This document shows positions 50,401 to 59,940 of a DNA stretch of 64,000 nt, piece after piece. This stretch comes from Clavelina lepadiformis. Lineage: Eukaryota. How positions within the stretch are numbered: position 1 is the stretch's first letter; every line of letters starts with the position of its first letter. Both the position numbers and the translations under genes were made by a program. The notes under the pieces are model-generated. The model searched no databases and was not told where the DNA came from. It worked only from the letters and a program-made list of their open reading frames with translations. The stretch is from contig NC_135244.1 of the NCBI RefSeq assembly GCF_947623445.1, forward strand, positions 13,142,860 through 13,206,859. Reading direction: 5' to 3'.

Positions 50401-53400
50401 GTTCATCCTGGCATCCAAGCAGACTATTGGATCCTAGATGAAGCTAAACTAAACAAAAATACAGAATTTTCATCAAATACATTATACTAAGTAATCACAT
50501 CTAGAACCCATACGCCTCCTTAAGAAGCCGTGTTGAGATTGTCCCGCATATTTAGTTAAAAGATTGCAGAGACTTAATTAACATTAGAATCAAGAATACA
50601 TTATTACTAAACTTTGTGAGGTAAAAGCAATTTGACTAGTAAGATTATTTCAGAAGTGTTTCAGTATTTTATGATTCTAGTATGCTGGCCTAAGTGAGTT
50701 CTAGGATACCGGTACCTGGTTTAGATGGCTATACCATTTCAAGATTACCAGAGTTACATTTAATGCCATTATCTCACTGTAATCTTGCTTTTAGATCAAA
50801 CAAATTTTAATCTTTTTATGAAAAGCGTATATCTTAGAAGGAAAAATGTACTTATTATTATATGTATTATTATGTACAGTCATATTTTCATCATTTTTTC
50901 CACCAATTTAACAAACTTCAGATAACTTTAGACACTGTAGTAAGTCAATATGAGACGTTACTGTACTTCATTTTACATTTAACCCTGCTAATAATTGAAT
51001 GTTTTGTGAAATGGATTTTCCAACGTCAATATCTATGTTGTTATTTATCTCTTTTTGTGACCATTTGACATTGAAAGCTTTCCGTAATTTTTACTTTGTA
51101 GGATGCCAAGCAAAGTCTTTCGCCCAAAGTCATAACACCATTTTTTGTTGCACTTGGCTTGGTGGTTGCTCAAGATAACAGGTTTAGTGAAGAAGCACAT
51201 AGCATTCTTCGTCTTTTGATTTACAGGTAGTAGAATATTTCATTCCCCACTTTGAAGGTGCTGTTTATTTGTTCAAGAATTTGTGCTGTGGTGTTTTTTC
51301 TTTATTTTATTACTGTAGTTTAGTATATTTTATTGTCTCACTGATAGATATTCTGACAGTAGAAGCTAGTTTGCAATTCTTAATCTTGGTGTATTAGTTA
51401 CATTAAATTTTTGCAAACATGTATGCAAACGTATATAGCCTATACAGAGATATTAAGAAGCTACCAACGCAAAACTACATCTACTACCTGAATTTTGGCT
51501 TGCATCAAGATCTAGGTTATGACTGCCTACAGTCCTAATTTGGACAAAATCCATGTACTCAGTTTTCTATAACAACTGCCTAAACTTTACAACAAGTTTT
51601 TAGCTTAAAATTTTTGGACAAAAACTCCAAAATACCAAAAATTCAAACCCACACAAAACTTACAACTTAGCCTAGACCTGGAACCAGCTGTCGCCAAAAC
51701 AACAACAAATTACTCCGCATCGACGTCACATGCGCATTGGACCGGAAAATTTCTTACTTTTTTTAATATGACGCATTGAGTGCGAACACGCAACAATCAC
51801 TGGGTTGCCGGCTCAAAATTGTCTTTCTATTGGGAAGTGACCCCTTAATAAATTGTCGTTCTTTTAACAGTCGATTCGATCAACTGTCGGTTTGATCAAC
51901 TGTCGGTTCGATCAGCTGTCGTTCGATTAATTGTCGTTCGATAAACTGTCGTTCGATTAATTGTCTTTAGATTAACTGTCGCGTCACGGGGACAAGTATT
52001 ACAAGATCTGAGGCCAAGTATTCGGCCAGATACTGGCCTACTTTTTCTCATGCCAAGAGTAGTTGGGTGCATATTTGACAATAGTTATTTAGGTGATTGT
52101 GATATGAAGCATGTCTTAAAACATAATATTAAATGTAGAAAAAGTGCAAAAGGTTACTGCAATTTGTAGAGTAAGGCTGAGCCAATATGGCGGAACAATA
52201 ATTTGTAGTCAAAGCGACACCTAAAATATCCATACATTTTAGGTATTGATTTAGGCCTTTATTAGTATGCATAAAAATCATTTTACCATATATGTATTGT
52301 TTTTCATCCCAAAAGCACTATTAATAGTTTGTGTTTCCTAACAAAATCTTTTGTTGTCACTTCACACTTCAGCATGAAAAAGTGGCTGACCTGCTTGCGG
52401 CACTTTTTGCATCTCCAAAAAATGGTTCAAGCTTCAAAGCACTTTAATGACAGTTGAGACTTTTGTTTTACATAAGCATTCTTTACTTATCCAGGCCCTT
52501 TTGTTTGGAATGGACTACCATGCGTGTTTAAGTTGCGTGTTTAATTAAATGACACGAGTTTTTAAAAAATCGTCTATTTAGTTACTCACTTTCTCGTTTG
52601 CTTATTTGTATGTACATGGAAACTGAGGAAACTTCTAAATCCATTTTATCTTGGTACGAAATTTTTCGATTTAAATTATGTTATAAAATACCAGTCTCCA
52701 CTTTGTAATTCCATTTTAAATTTTTGTGTACTAAAATATACTATAAAAAAGGCTTATTCTCAAGTAACTAACTATCAAAATATCACGTTTTTGCTCAGCT
52801 TTATCTTGTTTTATCGCTTAGCTATAAAATGTTGGTTTTTGGGTCAAAAATTTAGTCATTGCCGCAGTGGTGGGTATTACGTGGATTGTGGCCGTGAAAA
52901 CCAAAATAGATGATCATCTAAGAAAGGCATTTCCCCGTTAACCAATTATGTTGCTGCAATCTTTCTGTCTTGAATAATGATAAATTATGGAATTTTTACC
53001 TTCCTCGTTATTTTACTGCTGGTTTAGGTGGGCTGGTTGAAAATGCTATGCCGCCTATTAAATGCAAAATTGGCTGGCACCAAGGAAAATTTTTAGCAGC
53101 ATCTACTGTAGCAAGTAACCAAAAATACTGGCATAGGAATTTTTTTATTTATGAAGAAAAACAAAAATAGAAATTTCAAGACTGCAATCTTTATACCTGT
53201 TTTAAATTGTTTGCATTTTCATGACATTTTAAACTGATTGTGTTTGTTCGGAATTCTTCTTAGATGTTTTCAAGATTCGCATAAAATCAAGGGCTGCAAG
53301 TTTTTGAAAGACCATTCATGTAACCCACCAGACATCAACCAGATTCTGCAGACTGTTGTAAGTAAATGTTCTTAGTAATGCTTGCATTTGTTTGACGAAA

Positions 53401-56400
53401 ATTTTTAGTACGCAAATAATTTATTACATTGTAGTCTAATAAAATGTGGTGGTTGCCCAGTGTACCATGCACTTTTATTCGATGTGTGCAGCGCATCGAT
53501 TGTCTGAAGTTTATTTATTTTGTAAAAACAAAACAGGTAAAAAATTGTCAACAGTGCTGGGATCACATTTTACAGGGCCTAGTGAACCTATGTTTTAATC
53601 TAATGGAACACTTTGGTCCTAAGCAAGGTAAGGAAACTAGGAATTTTTCATTAACCAAAAATAAAATTTTGCATTAGTTGTATTGTGCTTTTTCGTATGC
53701 AAAGATAAAAGTATACAAAAGACATATGTAAAATAAAAAGAAATATTAAAAAAGATGTTAATAGAAATATTACTATAATAAACCTGAATGTCACTGGCCA
53801 AGGTTAAAAATGGACAAGAACTTTTGCTTTGCAGTTATTCCTTTCTTGTTCGCATGTAAAGAGGCCATTCGTTTCTCCTGAGTAATGTATTTACATGCTC
53901 TGTCTAAACTAATTTTTTTTTTCAAATAGCACCTGGAGTGAAAACAATTAAGAGGATGATGAAGAAAATTGACTGTCCCAACCAAGATGCTTGCAATGCT
54001 GGGATAACAATACTTTCTGTGACATTTAAAAAAAATGAAGTATCTCGCAATGAAATCATATCTCAATTGCTCAACAGAATTCAAATCAATCTGAATGTTC
54101 CTTCTTATCATTATATTCGTATGTTTGTGTATTCATGCTTCTTTGTCTGTTAATGTTAAGTTAATAGATTAAGGTTTATTTGTTTACCATGACTTTAAGT
54201 TTTCACCAAATTCTTTCGGTTATCCTGAAGTTTCAGTTTGGTCTTTAGGTTTGTTGAAAGCCATTGTTAAGTGTTTTCCACAAGCTGTGCTACAGTGTAT
54301 AAGCCAGGTAAAAATGAAGGAATGTAACTCACTGAAATAGAGTTTTTATGGCAAAGCTTACATAACTACCTATTTTGTTTTGTGTTTAAAACATGAACTT
54401 TATGAAGCAAATAAAAGAATTATCTCACTGATAACTTAACTTTGTTTTTCTGTGATGATTGTTTCTTCTAGAATCAAACATATGAAGTGGTTATTAAATA
54501 ACTGCAAGAACGACTGTTGCTAAAATACTTTTGATTTGCATTCAGGTAAAATATTTGTTCGAAGATCTTGCCATGCTACATCCCTACAATGTTCAAAAAC
54601 TTTTGTCTGCTCTTCCTCCAATTTTGAAAATAAATCCTGCTTTGAGAAATAGCCTCATTTTAGTGCTTCGAAAGTCGTTGTCCTCAAGGTAATTGTTTTA
54701 TAATTTATAACAACATTGCCTTCGTTTCTGTGCTTGGTAGTGATGTATGACATCACAGTTGAAGTTTATTTGTTAAATTTTTAAATATAAACTTTTAATC
54801 ATATTTGTAGACATCTTAATTCACGATTGTCTGCACTTTATGGCTTTCTTTTGATGTTGAAACATTTCCCTTTATCAACTTCAACAACCCTTAGCCAAGT
54901 TTCCAGTCAGTCTTCACAATCAATATTTTCTACTGCAAGTCTGGCAAGTACTGTTGCATGAAACATTCAAACTATATAATTACCCTATTATAGTAATAAA
55001 ATAACTCTGCTTTTGTTTGGCTGCAGCATGTTGAAGCTGATGTACACAGACCATCATGTGCAGGGAATAACAACGAAATGTTGTGTACTGAGATATTGCA
55101 AGCACTTAGAAGGTGTCTCTCACAGCAGTCTTCTGTCAGAAGTGAATTGTATCTTGGAACATACGAAGTAATCTGTAAAAATCCACGACTTGCAAACATG
55201 ATCATAGAGGGGATGCTTGCCCATTTAAAGTGAACTTTGTTGCACAAACTTATACACTACTTTGTATCATCAAAATCTTTTCAAATTGTTAGTTATTGGA
55301 TTGTTGTGAAACCTTAGATCCGGTGATGAAGCCTGCTGGTTTCATGTAAACAGATCTTAGCTAGAGCAGTTTTGGAATAAACATTATATGTTATAATTAG
55401 TATGATTTGGTGCTTGATGGTTTTTCACAGAAGTTCTAAATACCTACTGGATTTTAATAAAGTTGCTTTGAAACACTTTTTTGCAGAAAGTGCTATCAAG
55501 AAGACTCTGATATTATTCCCCCATTAGACTTAACCAGTTGTTTTGTCGGAAATGCTGAAAATCTTTCCATACAAGATCCTCTACCTATTATGCTTGCATC
55601 CCTACAGTATTGTTTGCATTATGTAAGTTAATTGATAGACTTTTGGTTTGTACTATTAATGTTCTTTGTACCGAGTATAAAGCATCATACTGGGCTCTCT
55701 TGTCATATTGATATTTTTTTGTTTTTCTAAGGTTACTCACAATACTACTCTTGATGGCAACGGTGATGAAATTCTTGAGACTTTTGTTATTAACCACATT
55801 CACAAGATTTTTAAGTCACTCACTGCACGGATGTGCAAATGTGATTTGCAGGACTTTCAATTTGTAAGTTAGCCTAGCACTTACAGTAGCTGGATTGGTG
55901 CACCAGCGTTTTTAGGGGTTGCATAAACATTATGGGTTGTACGTTACAGGTGTACGGTATTCATCACATGCCACTTTTTGACAGTTTCACCGTTCATATA
56001 ATTTGTATAATGATTAATTATTTATTAAGTTAGCTCACAAAATTTGCATACCCACCAATTTCTCAATAAAAAAACAGTTTTGACAAAGGTTTTGAAATAC
56101 GAGAGAATCTACTAATCGCTTTTGGCCACATGAGTCCTGTAAAATTACTGAACTTGCGTTTATGTCATTATTCAGTGCTTTCCAACTTTTTCCTGGGCGA
56201 TGGTCTGTTTTATCGTCATTAAGAGAAAATATTTTATTCTGATATGGTACATCTTTGTCAAATAGAATTTGTTTACACCATGCTTGTCTGCTGCAGCAGA
56301 ATGAGCGGTATATGGCACAAAGTATGATAGTTTTAGGCAAAACCATGTCATCATCAGAATAACATCTATCTATCCCGTTTAGAAACACTGCTATACCATG

Positions 56401-59400
56401 AAATTGGGTAAGCAACATTTACATGGTTAGTATTTAAGGTGAGAAAAGATAGGGGTATAAATGCTTTTTGAGCAAATTCAAAATGTTGCACTATTTCAAC
56501 CAAGGTTGACAAGCACTGAGAACTTGGTAATTATCGGTCTACAGGCTTTTAGTATCTCACATTTCATGTTTGTTAAAATAATTAATCACACTACTGTAGA
56601 TAACTTTTTTGTAAAATGTAGGATCAAAGTTCAACTCCCTTATCATCTTCAAGGTCCGTTACAAGAAATCCTCTCACAATCGGAGTTGTAATGGCTTTAT
56701 ATGAAGTTCTAATAGAATATCAATTCTTGCATAACAATTTATCGTGGGTATTTTATCAACATGTTTGACATCTTTTGTTAAAGGTTATTCCTTGTTTTAA
56801 GAAGCTCTTTATATCATTATTTTAGGGATGAGAATGCTCAGCAGATATTGTGCCTTTTCCAATCTTATAAAAAGGTTCAAGATTTACTCCAGGGCAATAA
56901 GTTAACTTCAAGCAATGAAAAATCTTTGTTAGAGATGATGCTTAACACAACTTCGCTCATGTTTTTAGCAAATTTGGTTCATGGTAAGTACAGGTTAGTT
57001 GTTAGTTACCAGAAAATTTTTATAATTAATTTCGAGCGTTTTGATATTTCAGCATTGTTTTGTGAAAATGATGATCCAGCACGGAACGTTTTGCTGTCAA
57101 ATGATAACTTTATGAAGCATGTCATGTTTTTGCTTCATTCCGTTCTATCATTTGCTAATAATCATGGCTTCTTTCCGGGGTTTTCAGGTTTGTATGTGGC
57201 AGTTTAGTTGTTCACAATAACCAACATAATTATAACACATAAACATATTAACATAACAGAATAATTTTCTTAATAACCAACATAGGTAATATAAGGCAAT
57301 ACTTTTTATTCCGTAGATGAAAATGATAGGACACTGCATATAGAGCGAGCATTACATGCTTGTCTCCACAAATTTATGCTGGAAAAAAATAACCCTGACA
57401 GATCGCCTATCACTTTATCCTGTTTGGAATGTGTTCATCTTGGAGTAAAATACCACAATCAATGGTAAAATAATCTAGCCGCAATTATAAAATAACTATG
57501 TTTGATGTTTTAGGAGTGTTTTATTTAGTTTAGAGTTAGAGGATATGTTGTCAGGAAACAATTTCCCTATTTTCTGTAGGTCTAGCAAAAGCCTCAGGAA
57601 ATTCATCGCTACTATGTCTGGAGAAGAAACAGATGAAAGTTCAACACAAAAGGAATGTGTTTCCAAAGTTCTTAAACAGTACGTTAAATACAATTGTTTA
57701 ATTTATTGTGTTGCTCTACATTTAAAGATATGAAAATCATTAATCATATTTCCCATTTTTGCAGATTACAGCGTGTGATCATTTCATTTATCACAAAGAG
57801 TGATTCTTCATTAACAGCTGTAGAGAAAAAAGTTTTATCACAACTTATTTCTACCTTGGAGACGTTGGTTGAGTCTGCTATACTTCTATCTGACTCTGAT
57901 GCTGTCAAGCAGTGCACTGAATGGTGGTCCAAATTTTGTATGGAACACAAACTTGGTAATTTCTTTTGTTAAAAATTTAGAAATACAAAACATTTTTGCT
58001 ACATCATGGTTGTCAAGATCCTGATATTTTCTAGAGGACACTTTATCCACAAAGCATCTGGTCCAGTCCTACCTCCATACTTCATGCGTTATATCCTCAC
58101 ACTCTGAAGAGCCTTTCCAGGACTTTTCTACAGACATCCGATTGACAGTGGGATCTATTGAAAATTTTGAAGAAACCCATCCATCGGCCTCCTACCGTAT
58201 TGTATCCAACGAAAGTGCACAACATTTGATAGTAAGGCATCTTATGCCAAGCGCTTTTGTAATATACAACTCTGTAATATTTAATACTATAGAATAGTGT
58301 CAACAAAATCAATTAAAATGCTTTATTTATATTTAACCTTGTTTGTTGTAGCCCATTGTTGTAAAGCATATGGAAAATATAGTTACTGATTGTGAATGGC
58401 TGGTGCAACACTTGAAAGGAACAATGATGTTTTCAAAGAGAGCCAACCAGAATGAGGAATCTGATGTTATTTATGAAAAGCGGAGAAAATCGGAAGGTGA
58501 GTAAGAAATTACAAAAAAAGCCATTTCTCCTTAAAACACAACTGTACGCTTCGACTTTAAAATATTATTTGCTCACTATAATTGTTTACAAAAGTTTTTT
58601 TGTTTGTTATTATGATAAACTCTACTTAATCTTTCGCTTGTGGTTAAATTGTCATTGGTATTTTCATGCACAGGTGCAATTTGCAGTCGATTGAGCGAAC
58701 TTGCATCAGGTTTAATTGAACTAGCTCTCACTGCTGCAGGCAATACCACAAGCATCGAAAATATCATACGAGGATGTACTTCGTTCTTTGCTTTGTTGAC
58801 AAATTTCTCAAAATATGTAAGGTTTTATTTAAACTTTGTTGACAAACTATTGTATTACCTTGGTAAACAAGTTTCTTCCTCATGTGGTGCATTAACTGTT
58901 GGTTTAGTACCTGTGGTTGTATGGACAAGGAATTGGACACATTCCGTCCAAGTTTGAAAAGTTAAATCATTTCATTGGCTCGGAATTAATGCGTCCAATA
59001 TACGGCTTTATAATGCATGCTGAAAACGTACAAACTGAACGTTTGCAAGCCCCAAAAGCACAAGCTGCTCGTACGAAAAAAGCAACAAAAGAAGTTGTTA
59101 AAAATATGTCTAATGCTGGAAAGGTATTACGCAAACTTCTAATCCAAATTGAAATTGCTGGTTGGGTTGAGTTCGGTGTTTATTTAATATTGATATGTCA
59201 ATTCGTCATCAGGCTAAGGTTTTGCGTGAGAGCAAGGGCATCGCTCGGCTTGTGTACACCATAGAGCAACATGAGCACAACCTGATACTCCTGGGGAGAA
59301 AGTCGAAACTTGATTTCATGAAGTCACATCACTTGCCTACATCACGCGATTTCAGAATACGCAGCGACGTGCTGCGAGTCAATTTGTTAGAACAAGAAGC

Positions 59401-59940
59401 CTCAAAGGTACCATGACATGCTATTCAACCTTGTGTTTAAGTTTATAATAATCTTGCTTTGGTGATGACGTTCAGCATAGTAGCTCTTTAGAAACTGTAT
59501 CACTTCTTCTGCTACAGTTATGTAAAGATGCAAACTATGCTTATTAATAATTTTTTCATTTTTATGGGTACTTTTCATTAACTTTCTATTGATCCTGCTG
59601 ATTGACCAACTTTATTCGGCTGAAGTTCTCATTGTGTTTGAATGCTCTGTGGGTACCACTAGCTACCTGTTCACATAGTTGTAATAAGCGTTTGTATCGT
59701 CCACTTCTTACATGGTGCTGTTTGGAATTAGCATTCAAAACTACGCCTTCACTTTGAATGATGTCGATTATTTTGGAAAGGGCTTTATTAGTGCTATTCA
59801 TGTTAGATTTATGACCAAAATTGGTATGATGCAGTATGTTGTTACGCATGCAGGATAAAGACGGAGATAATCGAAGTGATGAGGAGGAAGATAATCAGGA
59901 AAATGAACAACCAAATAAAAGGCCACGTTTACAGACTTGA
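38236..59940 (+). CDS. FANCI: Fanconi anemia complementation group I protein gene, 28 coding exons, about 1352 aa
   Basis: Spliced translation aligns with human FANCI (1328 aa) from the N-terminus (SKESLKQLLSTW...LLKALFLG) to the C-terminus. Examples: DLCSFRWPCGSVIHLTSMF, DIPPFIFQLV, RNSLILVLRKSL, GVVMALYEVLIEYQF, CTEWWSKFCMEHK, DCEWLVQHLKG, AKVLRESKGIARLVYTIEQHEHNLILLGRKSKLDFMKSHHLPTSRDFRIRSDVL. Ends at the KRPRLQT NLS and stop TGA at 59938-40. Phases are consistent across all 27 introns, one of which is probably GC-AG. Confidence 0.85.
39951..40075 (+). CDS. FANCI: FANCI exon 2
   Basis: AG 39949-50. GQKGLPDTINVVDVYKECFLLLQILGFNKSFITEVICILNNE. Donor GTATAC at 40076. Confidence 0.75.
41539..41646 (+). 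CDS. FANCI: FANCI exon 3
   Basis: AG 41537-38. INDISLIDLVELCFIVINMVQNDDIGDGKLLAVFQK. Donor GTTCGA at 41647. Confidence 0.7.
41791..41942 (+). CDS. FANCI: FANCI exon 4
   Basis: AG 41789-90. ILVTVQQCGSVKHYKFDGSMSGAEFKQQLTKDLCSFRWPCGSVIHLTSMF. Donor GTTTGT at 41943. Confidence 0.85.
42330..42929 (-). pseudogene. N-terminally truncated MULE transposase (C-terminal 199 aa)
   Basis: AAVSAFRTAFPTANVRSCYFHLTQSVLRKV matches the MULE-domain core (..FP.a.hrlC.wHi.rN.), followed by SWNHYEAGAGCIARTTNAVEGWH (the RTNN.(E)..H box of MuDR/FAR1-type transposases). The N-terminal catalytic part is missing. Confidence 0.7.
43061..43250. repeat. nested fragment of the 15663-16150 MITE family inside the MULE
   Basis: About 90% identity to 15961-16150, ending in the family terminus gttgccgaaccctg. 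Confidence 0.5.
44691..44899 (+). CDS. FANCI: FANCI exon 5
   Basis: AG 44689-90. REIYLNPSEADIVTAKLLEELNGINAQDIPPFIFQLVGFASAYNKFQTVLWGILSHFNALELQANTGSHT. Donor GTATCA at 44900. Confidence 0.85.
44982..45124 (+). CDS. FANCI: FANCI exon 6
   Basis: AG 44980-81. DPIEMDSGLNKVINHLELKSMEGTVLIYFGNAIRQNQLIGKGFLKIMK. Donor GTTAGT at 45125. Confidence 0.8.
46644..48043 (-). mobile_element. internally deleted hAT (Buster/Charlie-like) transposon, 1400 bp, 8-bp TSD, in FANCI intron 6
   Basis: TIRs CAGGGGTGTTCAAATG (46644-59) and CATTTGAACAACCCCG (48028-43). Perfect TSD CTCTACAG at 46636-43 and 48044-51. Minus-strand ORF encodes the N-terminal zinc-finger region of hAT transposases. Confidence 0.75.
46777..47412 (-). 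pseudogene. hAT transposase N-terminal fragment (ZBED5/FAM200/Buster-like)
   Basis: FNSEWTEEYLFVLNPGNKPKCLLCDCTLSMIKSQNIKRHFFTHH matches the YLKxGF....P.CxxCxxxLSNxxMKPSKLxRHLxTKH box of Buster-type hAT and derived proteins. 211 aa, with no dimerisation/DDE part. Confidence 0.6.
51102..51226 (+). CDS. FANCI: FANCI exon 7
   Basis: AG 51100-01. DAKQSLSPKVITPFFVALGLVVAQDNRFSEEAHSILRLLIY. Donor GTAGTA at 51227. Confidence 0.8.
51846..51975. repeat. minisatellite, about 14-bp unit (ACTGTCGTTCGATY) x about 9
   Basis: cagtcgattcgatcaactgtcggtttgatcaactgtcggttcgatcagctgtcgttcgattaattgtcgttcgataaactgtcgttcgattaattgtc... Confidence 0.7.
53264..53357 (+). CDS. FANCI: FANCI exon 8
   Basis: AG 53262-63. 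RCFQDSHKIKGCKFLKDHSCNPPDINQILQTV. Donor GTAAGT at 53358. Confidence 0.8.
53537..53627 (+). CDS. FANCI: FANCI exon 9
   Basis: AG 53535-36. VKNCQQCWDHILQGLVNLCFNLMEHFGPKQ, like human [29 protein letters not shown]. Donor GTAAGG at 53628. Confidence 0.8.
53939..54118 (+). CDS. FANCI: FANCI exon 10 (3' end uncertain; alternative weak donor at 54097)
   Basis: AG 53937-38. VKTIKRMMKKIDCPNQDACNAGITILSVTFKKNEVSRNEIISQLLNRIQINLN(VPSYHYI). Strong donor GTATGT at 54119 in phase 1. The alternative GTTCCT at 54097 is phase 0. Confidence 0.6.
54231..54307 (+). CDS. FANCI: FANCI exon 11 (5' end uncertain; alternative acceptor gives 54200)
   Basis: AG 54229-30, pairing with the 54119 donor. Alternatively AG 54198-99 pairs with the 54097 donor. 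(L)SVWSLGLLKAIVKCFPQAVLQCISQ, like human ...YAPLVLQSCSSK. Donor GTAAAA at 54308. Confidence 0.6.
54546..54688 (+). CDS. FANCI: FANCI exon 12
   Basis: AG 54544-45. VKYLFEDLAMLHPYNVQKLLSALPPILKINPALRNSLILVLRKSLSS. Donor GTAATT at 54689. Confidence 0.85.
54811..54943 (+). CDS. FANCI: FANCI exon 13 (conserved Lys and S/TQ cluster; probable GC donor)
   Basis: AG 54809-10. RHLNSRLSALYGFLLMLKHFPLSTSTTLSQVSSQSSQSIFST(ASL). No phase-compatible GT donor exists; GCAAGT at 54944 (or 54935) restores the frame into exon 14. Confidence 0.6.
55027..55229 (+). CDS. FANCI: FANCI exon 14
   Basis: AG 55025-26. HVEADVHRPSCAGNNNEMLCTEILQALRRCLSQQSSVRSELYLGTYEVICKNPRLANMIIEGMLAHL. Donor GTGAAC at 55230. Confidence 0.85.
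55487..55622 (+). CDS. FANCI: FANCI exon 15
   Basis: AG 55485-86. KKCYQEDSDIIPPLDLTSCFVGNAENLSIQDPLPIMLASLQYCLHY. Donor GTAAGT at 55623. Confidence 0.85.
55732..55863 (+). CDS. FANCI: FANCI exon 16
   Basis: AG 55730-31. VTHNTTLDGNGDEILETFVINHIHKIFKSLTARMCKCDLQDFQF. Donor GTAAGT at 55864. Confidence 0.85.
56622..56743 (+). CDS. FANCI: FANCI exon 17
   Basis: AG 56620-21. DQSSTPLSSSRSVTRNPLTIGVVMALYEVLIEYQFLHNNL. Donor GTGGGT at 56744. Confidence 0.8.
56826..56983 (+). CDS. FANCI: FANCI exon 18
   Basis: AG 56824-25. SDENAQQILCLFQSYKKVQDLLQGNKLTSSNEKSLLEMMLNTTSLMFLANLVH. Donor GTAAGT at 56984. Confidence 0.85.
57053..57187 (+). CDS. FANCI: FANCI exon 19
   Basis: AG 57051-52. ALFCENDDPARNVLLSNDNFMKHVMFLLHSVLSFANNHGFFPGFS. 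Donor GTTTGT at 57188. Confidence 0.8.
57317..57464 (+). CDS. FANCI: FANCI exon 20
   Basis: AG 57315-16. DENDRTLHIERALHACLHKFMLEKNNPDRSPITLSCLECVHLGVKYHNQ. Donor GTAAAA at 57465. Confidence 0.8.
57580..57678 (+). CDS. FANCI: FANCI exon 21
   Basis: AG 57578-79. WSSKSLRKFIATMSGEETDESSTQKECVSKVLK. Donor GTACGT at 57679. Confidence 0.75.
57765..57955 (+). CDS. FANCI: FANCI exon 22
   Basis: AG 57763-64. QLQRVIISFITKSDSSLTAVEKKVLSQLISTLETLVESAILLSDSDAVKQCTEWWSKFCMEHKL. Donor GTAATT at 57956. Confidence 0.85.
58035..58231 (+). CDS. FANCI: FANCI exon 23
   Basis: AG 58033-34. EDTLSTKHLVQSYLHTSCVISSHSEEPFQDFSTDIRLTVGSIENFEETHPSASYRIVSNESAQHLI. Donor GTAAGG at 58232. Confidence 0.75.
58352..58496 (+). 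CDS. FANCI: FANCI exon 24
   Basis: AG 58350-51. PIVVKHMENIVTDCEWLVQHLKGTMMFSKRANQNEESDVIYEKRRKSE. Donor GTGAGT at 58497. Confidence 0.8.
58674..58816 (+). CDS. FANCI: FANCI exon 25
   Basis: AG 58672-73. GAICSRLSELASGLIELALTAAGNTTSIENIIRGCTSFFALLTNFSKY. Donor GTAAGG at 58817. Next intron is only 91 nt. Confidence 0.75.
58908..59123 (+). CDS. FANCI: FANCI exon 26
   Basis: AG 58906-07. YLWLYGQGIGHIPSKFEKLNHFIGSELMRPIYGFIMHAENVQTERLQAPKAQAARTKKATKEVVKNMSNAGK, like human [41 protein letters not shown]. Donor GTATTA at 59124. Confidence 0.75.
59213..59407 (+). CDS. FANCI: FANCI exon 27
   Basis: AG 59211-12. AKVLRESKGIARLVYTIEQHEHNLILLGRKSKLDFMKSHHLPTSRDFRIRSDVLRVNLLEQEASK. Donor GTACCA at 59408. 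Confidence 0.9.
59854..59940 (+). CDS. FANCI: FANCI exon 28 (terminal; acidic stretch and KRPR NLS)
   Basis: AG 59852-53. DKDGDNRSDEEEDNQENEQPNKRPRLQT. Stop TGA at 59938-40. Confidence 0.85.
   Translation, partial: DKDGDNRSDEEEDNQENEQPNKRPRLQT

Noticed and set aside
59101-59230. Apparent duplication of the FANCI VLRE(S/T)K motif (NAGKVLRKLLIQIEIAGW upstream of AKVLRESKG)
   Set aside because: The first copy is read-through into the intron after the GTATTA donor at 59124. Splicing exon 26 to the AG at 59211-12 gives a single ...NMSNAGK|AKVLRESKG... matching human ATAMARVLRETK.
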